From: Octopus vulgaris
Lineage: Eukaryota
Length of the DNA: 64,000 nt
Assembly: GCA_951406725.2 (NCBI GenBank)
Contig: OX597828.1
Span: 55,366,001-55,430,000, forward strand
Reading direction: 5' to 3'
The position numbers and the translations under genes were made by a program. The notes below the pieces were generated by a model. It saw only the letters and a list, made by a program, of their open reading frames with translations. It made no database searches and was not told the origin of the DNA. Positions 51,846-64,000 of the stretch are shown here, piece after piece. Every line of letters starts with the position of its first letter. Position 1 is the stretch's first letter.

Positions 51846-52817
51846 CGTTTGTGTGTGTGTGTCTATAAATGTATACACATATATTGTATATGTATGTATA
51901 TTTATACATGTATATGTATTTATGTACGTGTGTGCATGTGTGATGTGTGCGTCAGTATAAATTCTTATTAATTGTGTGTAGCAGTGTAATAAACAGAGTC
52001 CGACGTTTTAACTTTTGTTGGGAAAAGTGCTTTTCAGTGGACGGTCATGTCCGTCAGGTTAGGCGACTGAGTCAAACCATCTTGTTAGAACGAATAGAAA
52101 GAAATTTTTCGACTCTCCAAAGATGAAGGCCAGCACAACAACTTTTTCTAGTTATATTTAAAGTACGATTACATTTTTGAGATATTTTTTACAGTTGTTG
52201 TATATAATGTTTTTATTTTTCCTTTTTTTAAAATAATAAATAAATTTGAGTCAATGAGTTGAATAACTCTTGAGTGTAATTCTCTAAAGTAACAACTGTC
52301 TAGGTTTTAATTGTCAGACCCTCAGACCATTGTTGAATATGAAGGAATACTTGAAAAAAGGAAATAAATATTAATCGTCATATAACTTGTACAATTTAGG
52401 TTTGAGAATTGGCTCGAACAGTTGATAGTTGATACGAAAATATATCAACTACTTGTTGATATAATTTCATAGTTGAACTATCAACAAGTTGGTAGTTGAT
52501 ATGAAAGAGTTTCTTGTACAGAGAGTTCTTTCGAAAATAATTACCAAAATATTGTGCATGAAGCACAAAATCAAACCAGTATAACAATGTGTGAATTCCT
52601 TAAATCAATGGTAATAACAAAAAAGCAGCAAACTAAAACACTGCGTATACAAGAAAAAAAAAAGGATATTTTATTGCTATCAGCTTATCAAAGCGAGGAA
52701 ATGATGTTCTCAATACTTGACATAATAATTCAGTGGAGCGAAAAGAATATACAATTTGTTTATTCATGTTGCAGAAAAACAGGATTAAAAGATTTTTAGG
52801 TTTACATTGAGTGGAAA

Positions 52818-52860
<43 letters not shown>

Positions 52861-52865
<5 letters not shown>

Positions 52866-53543
52866 CCATCTATATATATATATACGTCACCAGAAAGGCT
52901 CGACACCGTACGGTGTCCTTATATATATATACGTGTGGTAGGCTTTCCGCTTCCCCGACGAATCCTCACTCTGCAGGATATCATATATAGATTTTCAAGC
53001 AAAATACATTTGCTGATATATACATATTCTCTAAAAGAGATATAGACAGTAACTGCTCGATAACATAAGGGACTAAAGCCATCTGAATATGGCTAGGGAC
53101 AGGGCAGGGTGGTGGGGGTGTTACTGTTGCATTTAGCCCAAGGCGAACATCGACGTCACCAGAAAGGCTCGACACCGTCACGGTGTCCTTATCCTGCAAA
53201 GGGAGGTAATTCCCCGATGAAGCGGAAACCACACACGGACCATGGTTTCAAGGTGTATTGCCTATCGTCGGCGTGTGGTAGGCTTCCGCTTCCCCGACGA
53301 ATCCTCACTCTGCAGGATATTCATATATAGATTTTCAAGCAAAATACATTTGCTGATTTCGAAAATCTGTTCGAAAGCAATAATAATTCTCTAAAAGAGA
53401 TATAGACAGTAACTGCTCGATAACATAAGGGACTAAAGCCATCTGAATATTATGAATATCCTGCAGAGTGAGGATTCGTCGGGGAAGCGGAAGCCTACCA
53501 CTATATATATATATATATATATATATTACCTCCCTTTTGCAGG

Positions 53544-53545
<2 letters not shown>
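52861..53545. repeat. Scrambled direct and inverted duplications of one ~400-bp element inside (TA)n
   Basis: 52932-53089 repeats at 53272-53449. 52884-52922 repeats at 53153-53191. 53451-53501 and 53525-53546 are inverted copies of internal segments. Confidence 0.8.
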
Positions 53546-53575
<30 letters not shown>

Positions 53576-53611
53576 ACATATATATATACATATATATATA
53601 TATGCATATGT

Positions 53612-53646
<35 letters not shown>

Positions 53647-53689
53647 TATATATATATATGTGTATATATGTATTTGTGTGTATGTGTGT

Positions 53690-53897
53690 TTGTGTGTCTG
53701 TGCTTGCCCCCCAACATCACTTGACAACCGATGCTGGTGTGTTTACGTCCACGTAACTTAGCGGTTCGGCAAAAGAGACCGATAGAATAAGTACTAGGCT
53801 TACAAAGAATAAGTCCTGGGGTCGATTTGCTCGACTAAAGGCGGTGCTCCAGCATGGCCGCAGTCAGATGACTGAAACGAGTAAAAGAGTAACGAGT
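53690..53897 (+). mobile_element. 3' half of SINE family B
   Basis: ttgacaaccgatgctggtgtgtttacg..aaaggcggtgctccagcatggccgcagtc. Confidence 0.85.
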
Positions 53898-53925
53898 AAT
53901 ATACACATATATATACATATACATA

Positions 53926-54003
<78 letters not shown>

Positions 54004-54280
54004 TGGAATATTCCTTGTGTTGTATGCATTGTACTTTGTTTTTTCGTTGTTTGAAAAAAAATTTCGTTTCCATGTTTTTGTTTTTGTTTCCGTTTCTCAT
54101 TGTGATCAACGTTTTTTTATCTCCTGTACCAATATATGCATGTATATATACATATAGATGTACGTATGTACATATATGTATGTATATATGCATATATTTA
54201 TATATTATTTATGTTTTCATATGATCGAACGCCACGCATCCTTTTCCAAGTAAGTTTTATCTATATACACATATATATAC

Positions 54281-54340
<60 letters not shown>

Positions 54341-54343
<3 letters not shown>

Positions 54344-54647
54344 AAAAAGGGACAGGCAACAGGTTGCTTGACCGCATACCGAAAAAATAGAAATAGCAGT
54401 CAAGAATGCTTATTTCTATCAAAGTTGATAGAAATAAACTTTGATAGAAATAAGCATTCTTGACTGCTATTTCTATTTTTTCGGTATGCGGTCAAGCAAC
54501 CTGTTGCCTGTCCCTTTTTCTTATATATACAATATATATACTGAACTTTACAGAAGTTCCTGCCGGTAATCGGCTATATTTACATACCGAATTCTACCAG
54601 TAAATAATTGGGTTTTTTTAAAAGCCTTTATAGAAATTATTTACTCT

Positions 54648-54650
<3 letters not shown>
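54341..54650 (+). mobile_element. (TA)n-embedded element starting with a perfect 86-bp inverted repeat
   Basis: Arms 54341-54426 and 54437-54522, 10-nt spacer, ~120-bp unique tail, with (TA)n on both sides. Confidence 0.6.
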
Positions 54651-54695
<45 letters not shown>

Positions 54696-54757
54696 TTATA
54701 CATATATATACACAAATACATATATATACATATACATATATATATATATACATATAT

Positions 54758-54807
<50 letters not shown>

Positions 54808-54854
54808 GCACATACATATATACGTGTGTGTGTACTCTCTAACAGAGTCTTTGT

Positions 54855-55297
54855 GGAAAGCGTGTGACGTAATAGTGAGGGTGTTGCACTGAAGAATGCA
54901 AGATCATGGTTTCGCTTCTCAGACCGGGCGGTGCATTGTGCTCATGATCAAAACACTTCATTATTTCACGTTGCTCCAGTTCACTCGGCAGTAAACCGGT
55001 TCTTTGAGTTCTTGGACTTGAGACAGTATTTTACTTCAAAACATCCACAATACGAAAAGAAGCTTATAATATAAAGAGAACTATCCTTTCTACTGTAGGC
55101 AAAAGGCCAGATATTTTGAGGAAAAGAGCTGGTCGAATATATCGTTCCCAGTCTCCAACTGGTTTTTATTCTATCAATTCCCGAAAAGATGAAAGGCAAA
55201 ATCGAGCTCGGCGGAATTTGGACGTAGAAGGCAAAGCCGGAAGGAATATCACAAAGCATTTAGTTATGCCTGGACCATTCTGTTAGCTCGCAGCCTT
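54855..55297. mobile_element. Degenerate family-D SINE (+, 54855-54995) and family-A SINE (-, 55082-55297, tail type 2)
   Basis: ggtttcgcttctcagaccgggcg B-box region; gatgaaaggcaaaatcgagctcggcggaatttg core. Confidence 0.6.
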
Positions 55298-56238
55298 GAT
55301 AGCTTGAATGATGAAACATGACACTTTAATTCAGTAGTCGAATATTAAATACGAAAGTCTTTAATTTTCTAAACTTTCTAAAACTAGGAGGCATTCTCGC
55401 TGTCATAGTTATTTAAAATTTTGAACAAATACTCCTTGTATAGATATATTATCGTTACTTTACAAATCGACTCTGGAAGAAATGGTCAATCTAGCAGTGG
55501 TAGAGACATACATTCATACACATATTCCCTGGTGATATTTTCTATGTTAGTTTTAACGGTAATCCGCTTTTACTTGGATTTAGCCAACTTTTATCGCTTG
55601 CTATAGAGGAGGTTGACTTTGATGTAGTAACTGTGAACTGTCATTTGCCTAAATTAATGTATGTTTATGCAGACAAAAGGTACGATTGTGTATTTCCTGA
55701 TATTCATAAACGTGAAAAAATAGTTACAAACAAAATTAGTGTGGAACAGGCAGTTTACAGGGGAAGGAACAACGCCACAGGTCAAACGTTTTGAGAAATT
55801 CAATCGAGAAAGGTGGAGGTAAAAATGAGATGTTTATAATCTGTACACCTCCTTCATTACTCTTTCATGTATATTCCAAACGTTCAAATTTGCACCAGTT
55901 CACCTTCATATAGAAGGGATTGTCTTCCTCTATAATAATTGCTCACCAGAGGCACATCACACGATTGAGGAATATTTCCGATGAAACACTTACTACCCCT
56001 TTGTAAATTACTACCAGCTCTCGCATAAGACATGTTTCGCCTATTACCTAAATGTCGATGAAACAATTTCAGTATCTTGTTCCCAGTTAAGCTGATCGGG
56101 TGAAACGTCAAATTTTACTTTCAACGAGGAAGCAACATGCGGAGGAAACTCGAGCCAAATTCAGACTCTTTTCGTTATGAAGAGACGATTAGTGAAACAA
56201 CAAATTCTGGTAACACTCCAGTAAAATGGTCAATCACT

Positions 56239-56270
<32 letters not shown>

Positions 56271-56617
56271 TTCGAAAGCTGAAACAATGCAAAGCGTATT
56301 GTGACCAGCAGTGTATTGCAACGTCCGACAGTCTGGTCGATCACGTGATATACAGATTCTACGAAGCATGTGTAAACATACCTCTCTTCCTTCACACGAC
56401 GTACTTCAAATTAATCCCCTATACTCGATACTTCAGTAAATACAAACTCTCAGCGATCTCAACCACTTCACACGACTTCCACGAACTCTCAACGACTCCT
56501 ACAACTTCTCTCGTTATAAGAGTTCGGCTAGACCATTCTTCCAGTCTCACAGGGGTGTCAATGACTCTCGCCACATCTCATCCTTTGAGATTTACTTCCT
56601 AGCAAATTCTATGACGT

Positions 56618-56660
<43 letters not shown>

Positions 56661-56721
56661 GCTTTCCATGTACCACGTCCTCAGGTGGGTTTTTTGTTTT
56701 TCTCCGTTTTCTTTTTAATTT

Positions 56722-56770
<49 letters not shown>

Positions 56771-56829
56771 TAAATACATATATATATATATACATATATA
56801 TATATACATATATACATACACACACACAA

Positions 56830-56870
<41 letters not shown>

Positions 56871-57795
56871 CAGTTACGTAGGTATATTGAAGAAATGATA
56901 TATTGAAGAAATGATATAAGCACTAAGCACCTGTCGTGCTGGTTAAATATCTGTATTAACAGTTTGTAACTTAAATGTGAATATGCATCACCCAAAGACT
57001 TAGGTCTGTGAAAAGTCGTGAAATAAAGACTTAAGTCACAAAATGATTATATATATGTGTGTGTGTATATTTATATGTGTTTGCATGCATATATGCATGT
57101 ATGAATATATATATGGATATGTGTGTGTGTGTGCGTATATATAGGTGTGTGTGTGTATGCAGAAAGCATACAAAAAAGAGAAGCAAAAAGAAAGATCACA
57201 GATAGGAGCTTGTCACATTTCTCTGCTTAAACGTGTTAACTTCGAAACAGTAAAAAAAAAAAATGCATCTTCTATCGATTTTCGGTTATACACTTTTAGA
57301 AAACAACCCACTTCAAACTGCTTACCTTCACACCATCTTCTGTCGGTAAGAAAATATTGGCAGACGTCCAAAAATCCCATAATGATATGACTTAAGTAAT
57401 CAATATATAAGAATATTGAACACTGTCAGTTAGATGGCGCACGGGTTTGAAAATACTTTTCTAACAAATGGTAGAGTTATATAGCTGATCGCTTGATGTT
57501 GTTTTGGAGTGAATGGGAATAAACCAAATACGACGTAGAAATGCTAGTCAAAAAAAAACGCTGGAAAACACGTATTCTCTGTGTAGAATACACTTTGTAG
57601 TGCTCAAGAGATTTAAACTGGAGCGGGTAGAGGAGTAAATGTAAGGACAAGTAAGTTAGGCAATTCGATATACAAAAAAAATATTAAAAACATTTAATAC
57701 GAAAAATGTACGTGTGTTAACGTATAAGAAGTTTCAAATTACACAGAATAGAAATGATATCAGGAATTAAAGGGCTTGAATAAGTGTTTTACGAG

Positions 57796-57886
57796 TCCAA
57801 CAGCTGTTTCTGGGGACTTGGTGATCCAAAATAATGATTGCAAATTGATTCGATCATCGGATAATACCGGCCTCCGTCTTCAGGGA
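57796..57886 (-). ncRNA. Hammerhead-like motif with long helix II
   Basis: Minus strand reads TCC-CTGAAGA-[cggaggccggtattatcc...ggatcaccaagtcccca]-GAAA-CAGCTG-T-T-GGA. Confidence 0.45.
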
Positions 57887-58079
57887 AGAATTTTACATTT
57901 GAGGTGTTGACTAAACGCCAATCACGAAGCAGGCAGGGAGACTTGCAACTGTCGCGTCTCTCAATTATGTCCTCTTGCAGGCTTCTGTCTGCACAAATAT
58001 GTAATCTACCATCAAGCAAGAGTATATATAGGTGGCATCGTAGATTTCAAGCGTCGCTACCGTGCACACATTTATAACT

Positions 58080-58300
58080 ATCTTTTGTTTTCAAATGGAT
58101 AATCGTTCTGGTTCAAGCACTGCTGATACGTCCGGTAATGGATTCGCAAACAAGGTTCATGTCATTCGGTAGGTATTTTTGTGCATTCTCGTTCAATAGC
58201 TGCCCTCAATATGTTGACTGTTGCTAGTTTTCTGCCATAAACTTTACCTTTTAGGCATCCCCATAAAAATTCTGGTAGTGTGAGATCCAGTGAACTTTGA
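58080..58300 (-). mobile_element. Tc1/mariner-superfamily (Tc3-like) transposase C-terminal relic
   Basis: SLDLTLPEFLWGCLKGKVYGRKLATVNILRAAIERECTKIP...NQNDYPFENKR, cf. the SPDL..DFFLWG.LK.KVY motif. Confidence 0.75.
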
Positions 58301-58457
58301 TAGTAAAACAGTTACCGTGCAATTATCTTTTACTGTATGGCATTCGCAATAAATTAGATTACTTTGAAAAGCGTATTTGATGACATATAAAACCCTTTTT
58401 TACCCCCCAAAATGTCTCGAGAAATCACTTCAGTCCTTTCATAGAAATTGCTTCAAA

Positions 58458-58859
58458 TATTGGTTCAAAATTTTGGCACAACCCCCTGCAATTTCAAGGA
58501 AAAGGATAAGTAAATTTCATTAATCCCAGTGGTACTTATTCCATCGACCACAAAAAAATTAAAGTTGACCGCTGCAGAATTTGAACTCAGAATGTAAAGA
58601 CGGGCTAAATACCGTTAAGCATTTTACCCGGCGTGCTAACGTTTCTGCCAGCTTCCTGCCTTAAAAATATTGGTCTCAAATTTGGCACATGGCCAGCAAA
58701 TTCGGGGGAGGGAATAACTCGATTACAACGACTCCAGTGTTCAATTGGCACATCTATTTCATCGACCCCGAAAGAATGAAAGGTAAAGCCGACCTTGGCG
58801 GAATTTGAGCTCCGTAAGTAAAGTCGAAAGAAATGCCGCTAAGCATTTTGCTCGGCGTA
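58458..58859 (-). mobile_element. Two tandem family-A SINEs (tail type 3)
   Basis: Each has a tattgg..caaa..tttggcaca tail, core and head. Confidence 0.75.
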
Positions 58860-59054
58860 TGGAAAAAATTTATAAATATCTTAATGTATCACTACGCGCG
58901 TTTTATTTGTGCCTTTGCTTGCTTCGAGTTTTCTCGCTTGTTAAGCAGTTTGTTCGTGCGGTAACGACTTTGTCAAATGCTGTAATACACTGGGAATTTT
59001 ATTCCTGAAATTGGGAAGCGTCTAATATACCATAAAAAACGGTATATGATACAT

Positions 59055-59208
59055 TATTTCTTTATTGCCCACAAGGGGCTAAACATAGAGTGGACAAACA
59101 AGGACAGACAAAGGGTTTAAGTCGATTACATCGACCCCAGTGCGTAACTGGTACTTAATTTATCGACCCCGAAAGGATGAAAAGCAAAGTCGACCTCGGC
59201 GGAATTTA
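59055..59208 (-). mobile_element. 5'-truncated family-A SINE, tail type 1, 13-bp TSD
   Basis: TSD GTATATGATACAT at 59042-59054 and 59215-59227. Confidence 0.88.
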
Positions 59209-60013
59209 AATACTGTATATGATACATGCCTGTGTGTTGAGTATGCACGTGTGCATTTGCGCACGTAAGTACAGAGGGAGAGCGGGAGAGAGAGAGAAGA
59301 AAAAAGAGAGAGAGAAGAAAAAAGAGAGAGGAGGGGGGTTGGAAGGGAGAGAGTGGGAGAGAGCATGAAAAGAGTCAACGCTTTTAAAAATGAAATTAAG
59401 TAAAACATACGATGCACTCAGTAAATGAGGGTGATTGAATTTTGGTGACAGAGAAATAAAATTGCATGTGAGTTGTGACTGCTGGTAATGGATGGTATTA
59501 AGGAAGAAAATTCGAAGAACCAAAATCAAGAGATTTTCAGAGACAGCAGAATAATTAAAGCTTCAGCGGTATAAAGAAAGAATTATTTAAAAGCTTTATT
59601 AAATCAAAGAAATCTAAGAGTGGTGAAGATCTAACACAGCTTTCAATAAACGCCGCATCAACGTTAAAAATCAGAAAAAATATTAAAAAAAAGAAGATAA
59701 ACAGTGAAAAGAAATACAAAAAAAGAAATAAGATAATGAAATTTGTGTCCGAGTTGCTTGTTAGAGATGCAAGTAAAATAAAGAAATTAGTTCATCATTT
59801 ATTGTCTGGACATGAAATGTTTGCTACTGTCGACTGAGTTAAAATAGGTGGATGTAACTACAATGTTGAGCAAAAGCACCAAAAAATAAGTAAATAAAAA
59901 GAAAAAAACACATGGAACAAAGCCATTTAAACCATAGTTGATAGCATAAAAGACGCTCGAACAGAGCATATTCACGAAAAAAACAAAACGATTTTGGTGC
60001 ATTTAAGTATGTA

Positions 60014-60695
60014 ATATTGGTTCCAAATTTTGGCTGAAGGTTAGCGATTACGATTAAAAAACAGGTCCTCTCGACTGGTACCTGTTTTATGAACTCCGTC
60101 AGAATGAAAGGCAAAGTCGACCTCGGCGGAATTTAAACTCAGAAGGTAATGAGGACGAAATACCGTAAAGTATTTTGCCCGGTGTGCTAACGACTCTGCC
60201 AGCTCGCCGCCTTATTGAATGTATGTAAAGTTCTTTTCTAATCTAGGCACAAGGACCGAAATTTCGGGGGAGGGGGTCAGTTGATTAGATCGACCCCAGT
60301 ACGCAACTGGTACTTAATTTATCGACCCCGAAAGGATGAAAGGCAAAGTCGACCTCGGCGGAATTGGAACTCTGAAGGTAAAGAGGACGAAATGCCGTAA
60401 AGTATTTCGCCCGGCGTGCTAACGATTCTGCCAGCTCGCCGGTTTATTGAAGATGTATAATATTGAAAGCAATCTGTAATGCGACGAGCTGCCAGAATCG
60501 TTTGTAGGCCGAAAAAAATTCTTATCGGCGTTTCGTCGTCTTTACGCTCTCAGTTCAAATTCCGCCTGGGTCGACTTTGGCTTTCATCCCATTCGGAGTC
60601 GATAAAATAAGGACCAGTTGAGCACTGGGGACAATGGAATCGACTTAACCTCCTGCTCCCAAGATTGCTGGCCTTGTGCCAAAATTGAAATCAAC
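60014..60695. mobile_element. Cluster of three family-A SINEs: - tail 3 (60014-60213), - tail 2 (60231-60444), + tail 3 (60480-60695)
   Basis: Shared head and core; the last two copies are head-to-head. Confidence 0.85.
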
Positions 60696-61504
60696 GTTTA
60701 AACCGATCTAGATCTATATCGCAGAATTTTTATAAAAGTAGCTACAGCAGAAAACACTGCTGTATATAAAATGTAAGTTAACAGAACACAAATAACGATT
60801 ATGAAAATATCCGATGTGATTATAGTAATAAACTATGCAACCCCATCCCAACCGCAAAACAAAACACATACATAGACACACATACACAAACAAAAAACAA
60901 AACAGTACAAAATTAGCTTATGGGTGTTCTAATTCGCATTTAGGACTCGGTGGAGAATATTTTGTGCTTTTTCTTAAAAAAAAAACGCAGATTGTACCAT
61001 ATAAATATGAACCTATATATACTAAACAATGTTCCAGGATACTGCTGACTTTTATATATTAACATCTAAGCAAATCAAAATCTCGATTCGATTTCGAATA
61101 ACAGTTTCAACAATTGCATTTAATTTCCTTTGAAATGGTGCGAAAATTACAAAAGCTCAGGTCATACAAGATGTCCGACGATTTGGTTCCGTACCAACGT
61201 AACATCATACGCTTTAGTTTGTTTCTTAAAGGGAAACTGTCTCCCGCCGACCTTGTTGCTGTTCTCGTTCAGACCTAACCGTACAAACTGATTACTAAAG
61301 GCATTCTCACCGAGACCACATGACACTTTCTTTTCAAATACACTGCAATCTAATATGTTTTTCTTTTTAAATGTAACAAGAAGGCATTTTCGAGAGATTA
61401 GACTCTTATTTCTAACAAATCATGCAGTCACGTAAAAGCAGTCTTGTTCACTTATTTACGTGTAATTAAAATTTATTACTGTAGTAATATGTACAAGTAG
61501 TAAT

Positions 61505-61655
61505 CGTATGGGTGTGTGGTTATGAAGTTTGTTTCACACCCTTGAAGTTTTGTGTTCGACTCCACTGTGCGACACCTTCAGGAAATGTCTTTTACAGTAG
61601 TTTTGATTCGGCGAAATTCTTGGTAATGGAATTTAGGTAGACAGAAACTGTCTGA
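61505..61655 (+). mobile_element. Degenerate 5' half of SINE family B
   Basis: gtgtgtggttatgaagtttg..ccactgtgcgacacctt..ggtagacagaaactg. Confidence 0.6.
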
Positions 61656-62376
61656 AAATTCTCTGAAAACCTATCCCTGTTCTTGGTTGGTAGACTTAAT
61701 CTGTTGGTTGGATTAGCATCTCCACACCATCTTGGTGCACCTTTAATAGAGCCCACTCTTTTGTGAAGATTTTGTCCTGATCCCCGGTCTGAGATTACGT
61801 CTTCTTTTTCTCTCACCTGTCTGAGAAGCCAATGAATACCGTGCTTCTTCATCTCACAGGTAAACAATTGTTTTTGTTCGCTTGCAATGTTGACTTGAAA
61901 TTCTTCCATGGACGAAAGACATGCAAAAAGCAAAAGAAGTGTCCTCCTTTTCCTCCTCCTCCTCACCATCGCCATCGTCGTCGTCATCGTGAACATCATC
62001 ATCAAGATAACAATTGTGTACAGTAGGTTGTGTCTAAAAACGGTTACACGCAAATAAAAATATACATGAAAATGATTCCTAACATTGGCGGAAGGCCACA
62101 TTTTGTAAGAGAGGAGGGCAGAGTCGATCAACATCGATCTCAGTATATGTCTGATATTCATTTTATTGATTATCGATTACCACCCCTCTGCAAAAGAAAA
62201 AAAAATAGCATAAAATAAATAAGAATGACTATTAAACGTATGAAAGCAACACAGTCCTCAAATTATTCCAATGAAAAACTACCAGACCAAAACAATAAAC
62301 AATATAAGCAGCAACAGTCAATTACGAAACGCCGACGACGACTACAACAACAACTGCAACAACTAAATGATAGAAA

Positions 62377-62421
62377 TGTTTGTCCCCTCTATGTTTAGCC
62401 CCTTGTGGGCAATGAAGAAAT
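62377..62421 (+). mobile_element. Isolated type-1 tail of family-A SINE
   Basis: tgtttgtcccctctatgtttagccccttgtgggcaatgaagaaat. Confidence 0.7.
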
Positions 62422-63409
62422 AAGAAATGATGAAAACTCACTGAAACAAGCTATAAAAGACATTAATAACATAACGATAACACGTTGAAGATGTAAAACA
62501 AGAAATTATTAAACAAATATTAGACGAAGTCGTGCCAGCAGTTTGAAACACATAAACAGCCAAGATCAATAACTGATATATATATTTTTTAGTTGTTCCA
62601 AATTTTTAGGTAAGTGACTGTCTTTTGATTTTGTTTTCGTTCAGTTCTCTCTATCATTTCTCGTGCTTATCATTTATAACTTATTCCCTTTTCAAGGAAT
62701 TGCTTTATTTCATAACGTATTTTTTCCCGTACTTTTATTTTTTAGCAATTTTTTTTTGTTCGTATATTTTATATTTTATACATACATAAGATCTCAGATT
62801 TACAAATGAGATATGAGATTCTGAAATTTTCAAGCTTTTCTTTAGAACATTAGCGATGTCGGTGAAGTGAAAATGAAAATGGTTTTCAACGGAAATCGAA
62901 AACGAAACCTTGTTGGAAAATCTATCCGTCACGATTTTTCACCTTATATGCCCTTAAGAACTTTCCTGTTTTCTTTGATATCTCATTTGTTTCCTCACGT
63001 CAGATGACGATGTTTTTGTTTACGATTCTTAGGCAAACTTTCTCTATACCGATTTTTGGTAATGCTTTCTCAATACTTCCTATCTGCATATTACTAACAA
63101 GTTTCGAGGTGAAACTTATTCCAATAACAATTCAGTCTATTCTTTTGAAATAGTTGGGCTGTATTTGACTTGTTTTTGGTAATCGATGCCAACGCCAGAA
63201 GTTAGCTTCTTTTTAATATTTTATATCACCTTCCTATTGTGAACAATCACTGGTTAACGGCGTTTTAGATGGCGAAAACAGCAAGGGATTTCCTGTATAA
63301 TTCGGATGAAACGAATATCACCTGGAACTCTGTTCAAAAGTAAAGATGGATCAATTCTCTCGCCAATGTTTACAAACTTCGGTGACATCTCCGAAATACA
63401 TACATACAT

Positions 63410-63440
<31 letters not shown>

Positions 63441-63469
63441 TACATACATACATACATACATACATACAT

Positions 63470-63500
<31 letters not shown>

Positions 63501-63532
63501 TACATACATACATACATACATACATACATACA

Positions 63533-63562
<30 letters not shown>

Positions 63563-63565
<3 letters not shown>

Positions 63566-63688
63566 GGTTCTGGGTTCAGTCCCACTGCGTGGCAATTTGG
63601 GCAGGTGTCTTCTCCAATAGCCTCGGGCCGACCAAAGTCTTGTGAGCGGATTTGGTAGACGGAAACTGAAAGAAGCCCGTCGTATATA

Positions 63689-63765
<77 letters not shown>

Positions 63766-63978
63766 TTGTGTGTCTGTGTTTGTTCCCCCAACATCGCTTG
63801 ACAACCGATGCTGGTGTGTTTACTTCCCCGTAACTTAGAGGTTCGACAAAGAGACCGATACAACAAGTACTAAGCTTACAAAGAATAAGTCATGGGGTCG
63901 ATCTGCTCGACTAAAGGCGGTGCTCCAGCATGGCCACCGTCAAAGGACTGAAACAAGTAAAAAGAGTAAAAAAAGAGT
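63563..63978 (+). mobile_element. SINE family B lacking the first part of the head
   Basis: atggttctgggttcagtcccactgcgtggc.., internal (TA)n(TG)n and a complete 3' half. Confidence 0.85.
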
Positions 63979-64000
63979 ATACATACACATATACATACAT

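Noticed and set aside
52390-52800. Small hairpins and a faint MADF/Myb-like translation
   Set aside because: Similarity too weak and frameshifted to support a Harbinger or gene call.
52861-53545. Repeat-spacer appearance suggesting a CRISPR-like array
   Set aside because: Irregular unit lengths, inverted pieces, eukaryotic context and no cas genes.
61592-62161. 189-aa minus-strand ORF
   Set aside because: Runs through SINE relics and trinucleotide repeats, with no recognisable domain or splice context.

Overview
This is eukaryotic, AT-rich, microsatellite-saturated DNA. The SINE families and repeat landscape look like an octopus (coleoid cephalopod) genome; that is inferred from pattern recognition, not a database search. 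Almost all short ORFs in the track are translations of (TA)n, (CA)n, (TACA)n, (TATC)n or trinucleotide repeats. The main element is a full-length Tx1-type (L1 clade) non-LTR retrotransposon at 7978-13870. Its ORF1 has a CCHC knuckle and is split by a -1 frame change. Its ORF2 is an uninterrupted 1149-aa APE endonuclease/RT/zinc-finger protein. This element and two independently 5'-truncated relatives (18336-18553, 33358-34529) all sit inside (TATC)n arrays, in the same orientation and 3' phase, with no poly(A). That points to a (TATC)n/(GATA)n-targeting retrotransposon. A tRNA-SINE family here carries a 3' tail closely matching the last ~50 nt of this LINE, suggesting a SINE-LINE partnership. 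A second system is a set of short elements next to (TA)n-type microsatellites that carry minimal type I hammerhead-ribozyme motifs of the kind known from Penelope-like elements; some TA-embedded elements form long near-perfect palindromes. Also present are three older Tx1 relics, RTE, CR1 and Dong/R4 LINE fragments, two Tc1/mariner relics, many SINE copies, and one candidate host first coding exon (signal peptide plus GT donor) on the minus strand at 49854-49768. SINE family letters A-D are my own working labels.
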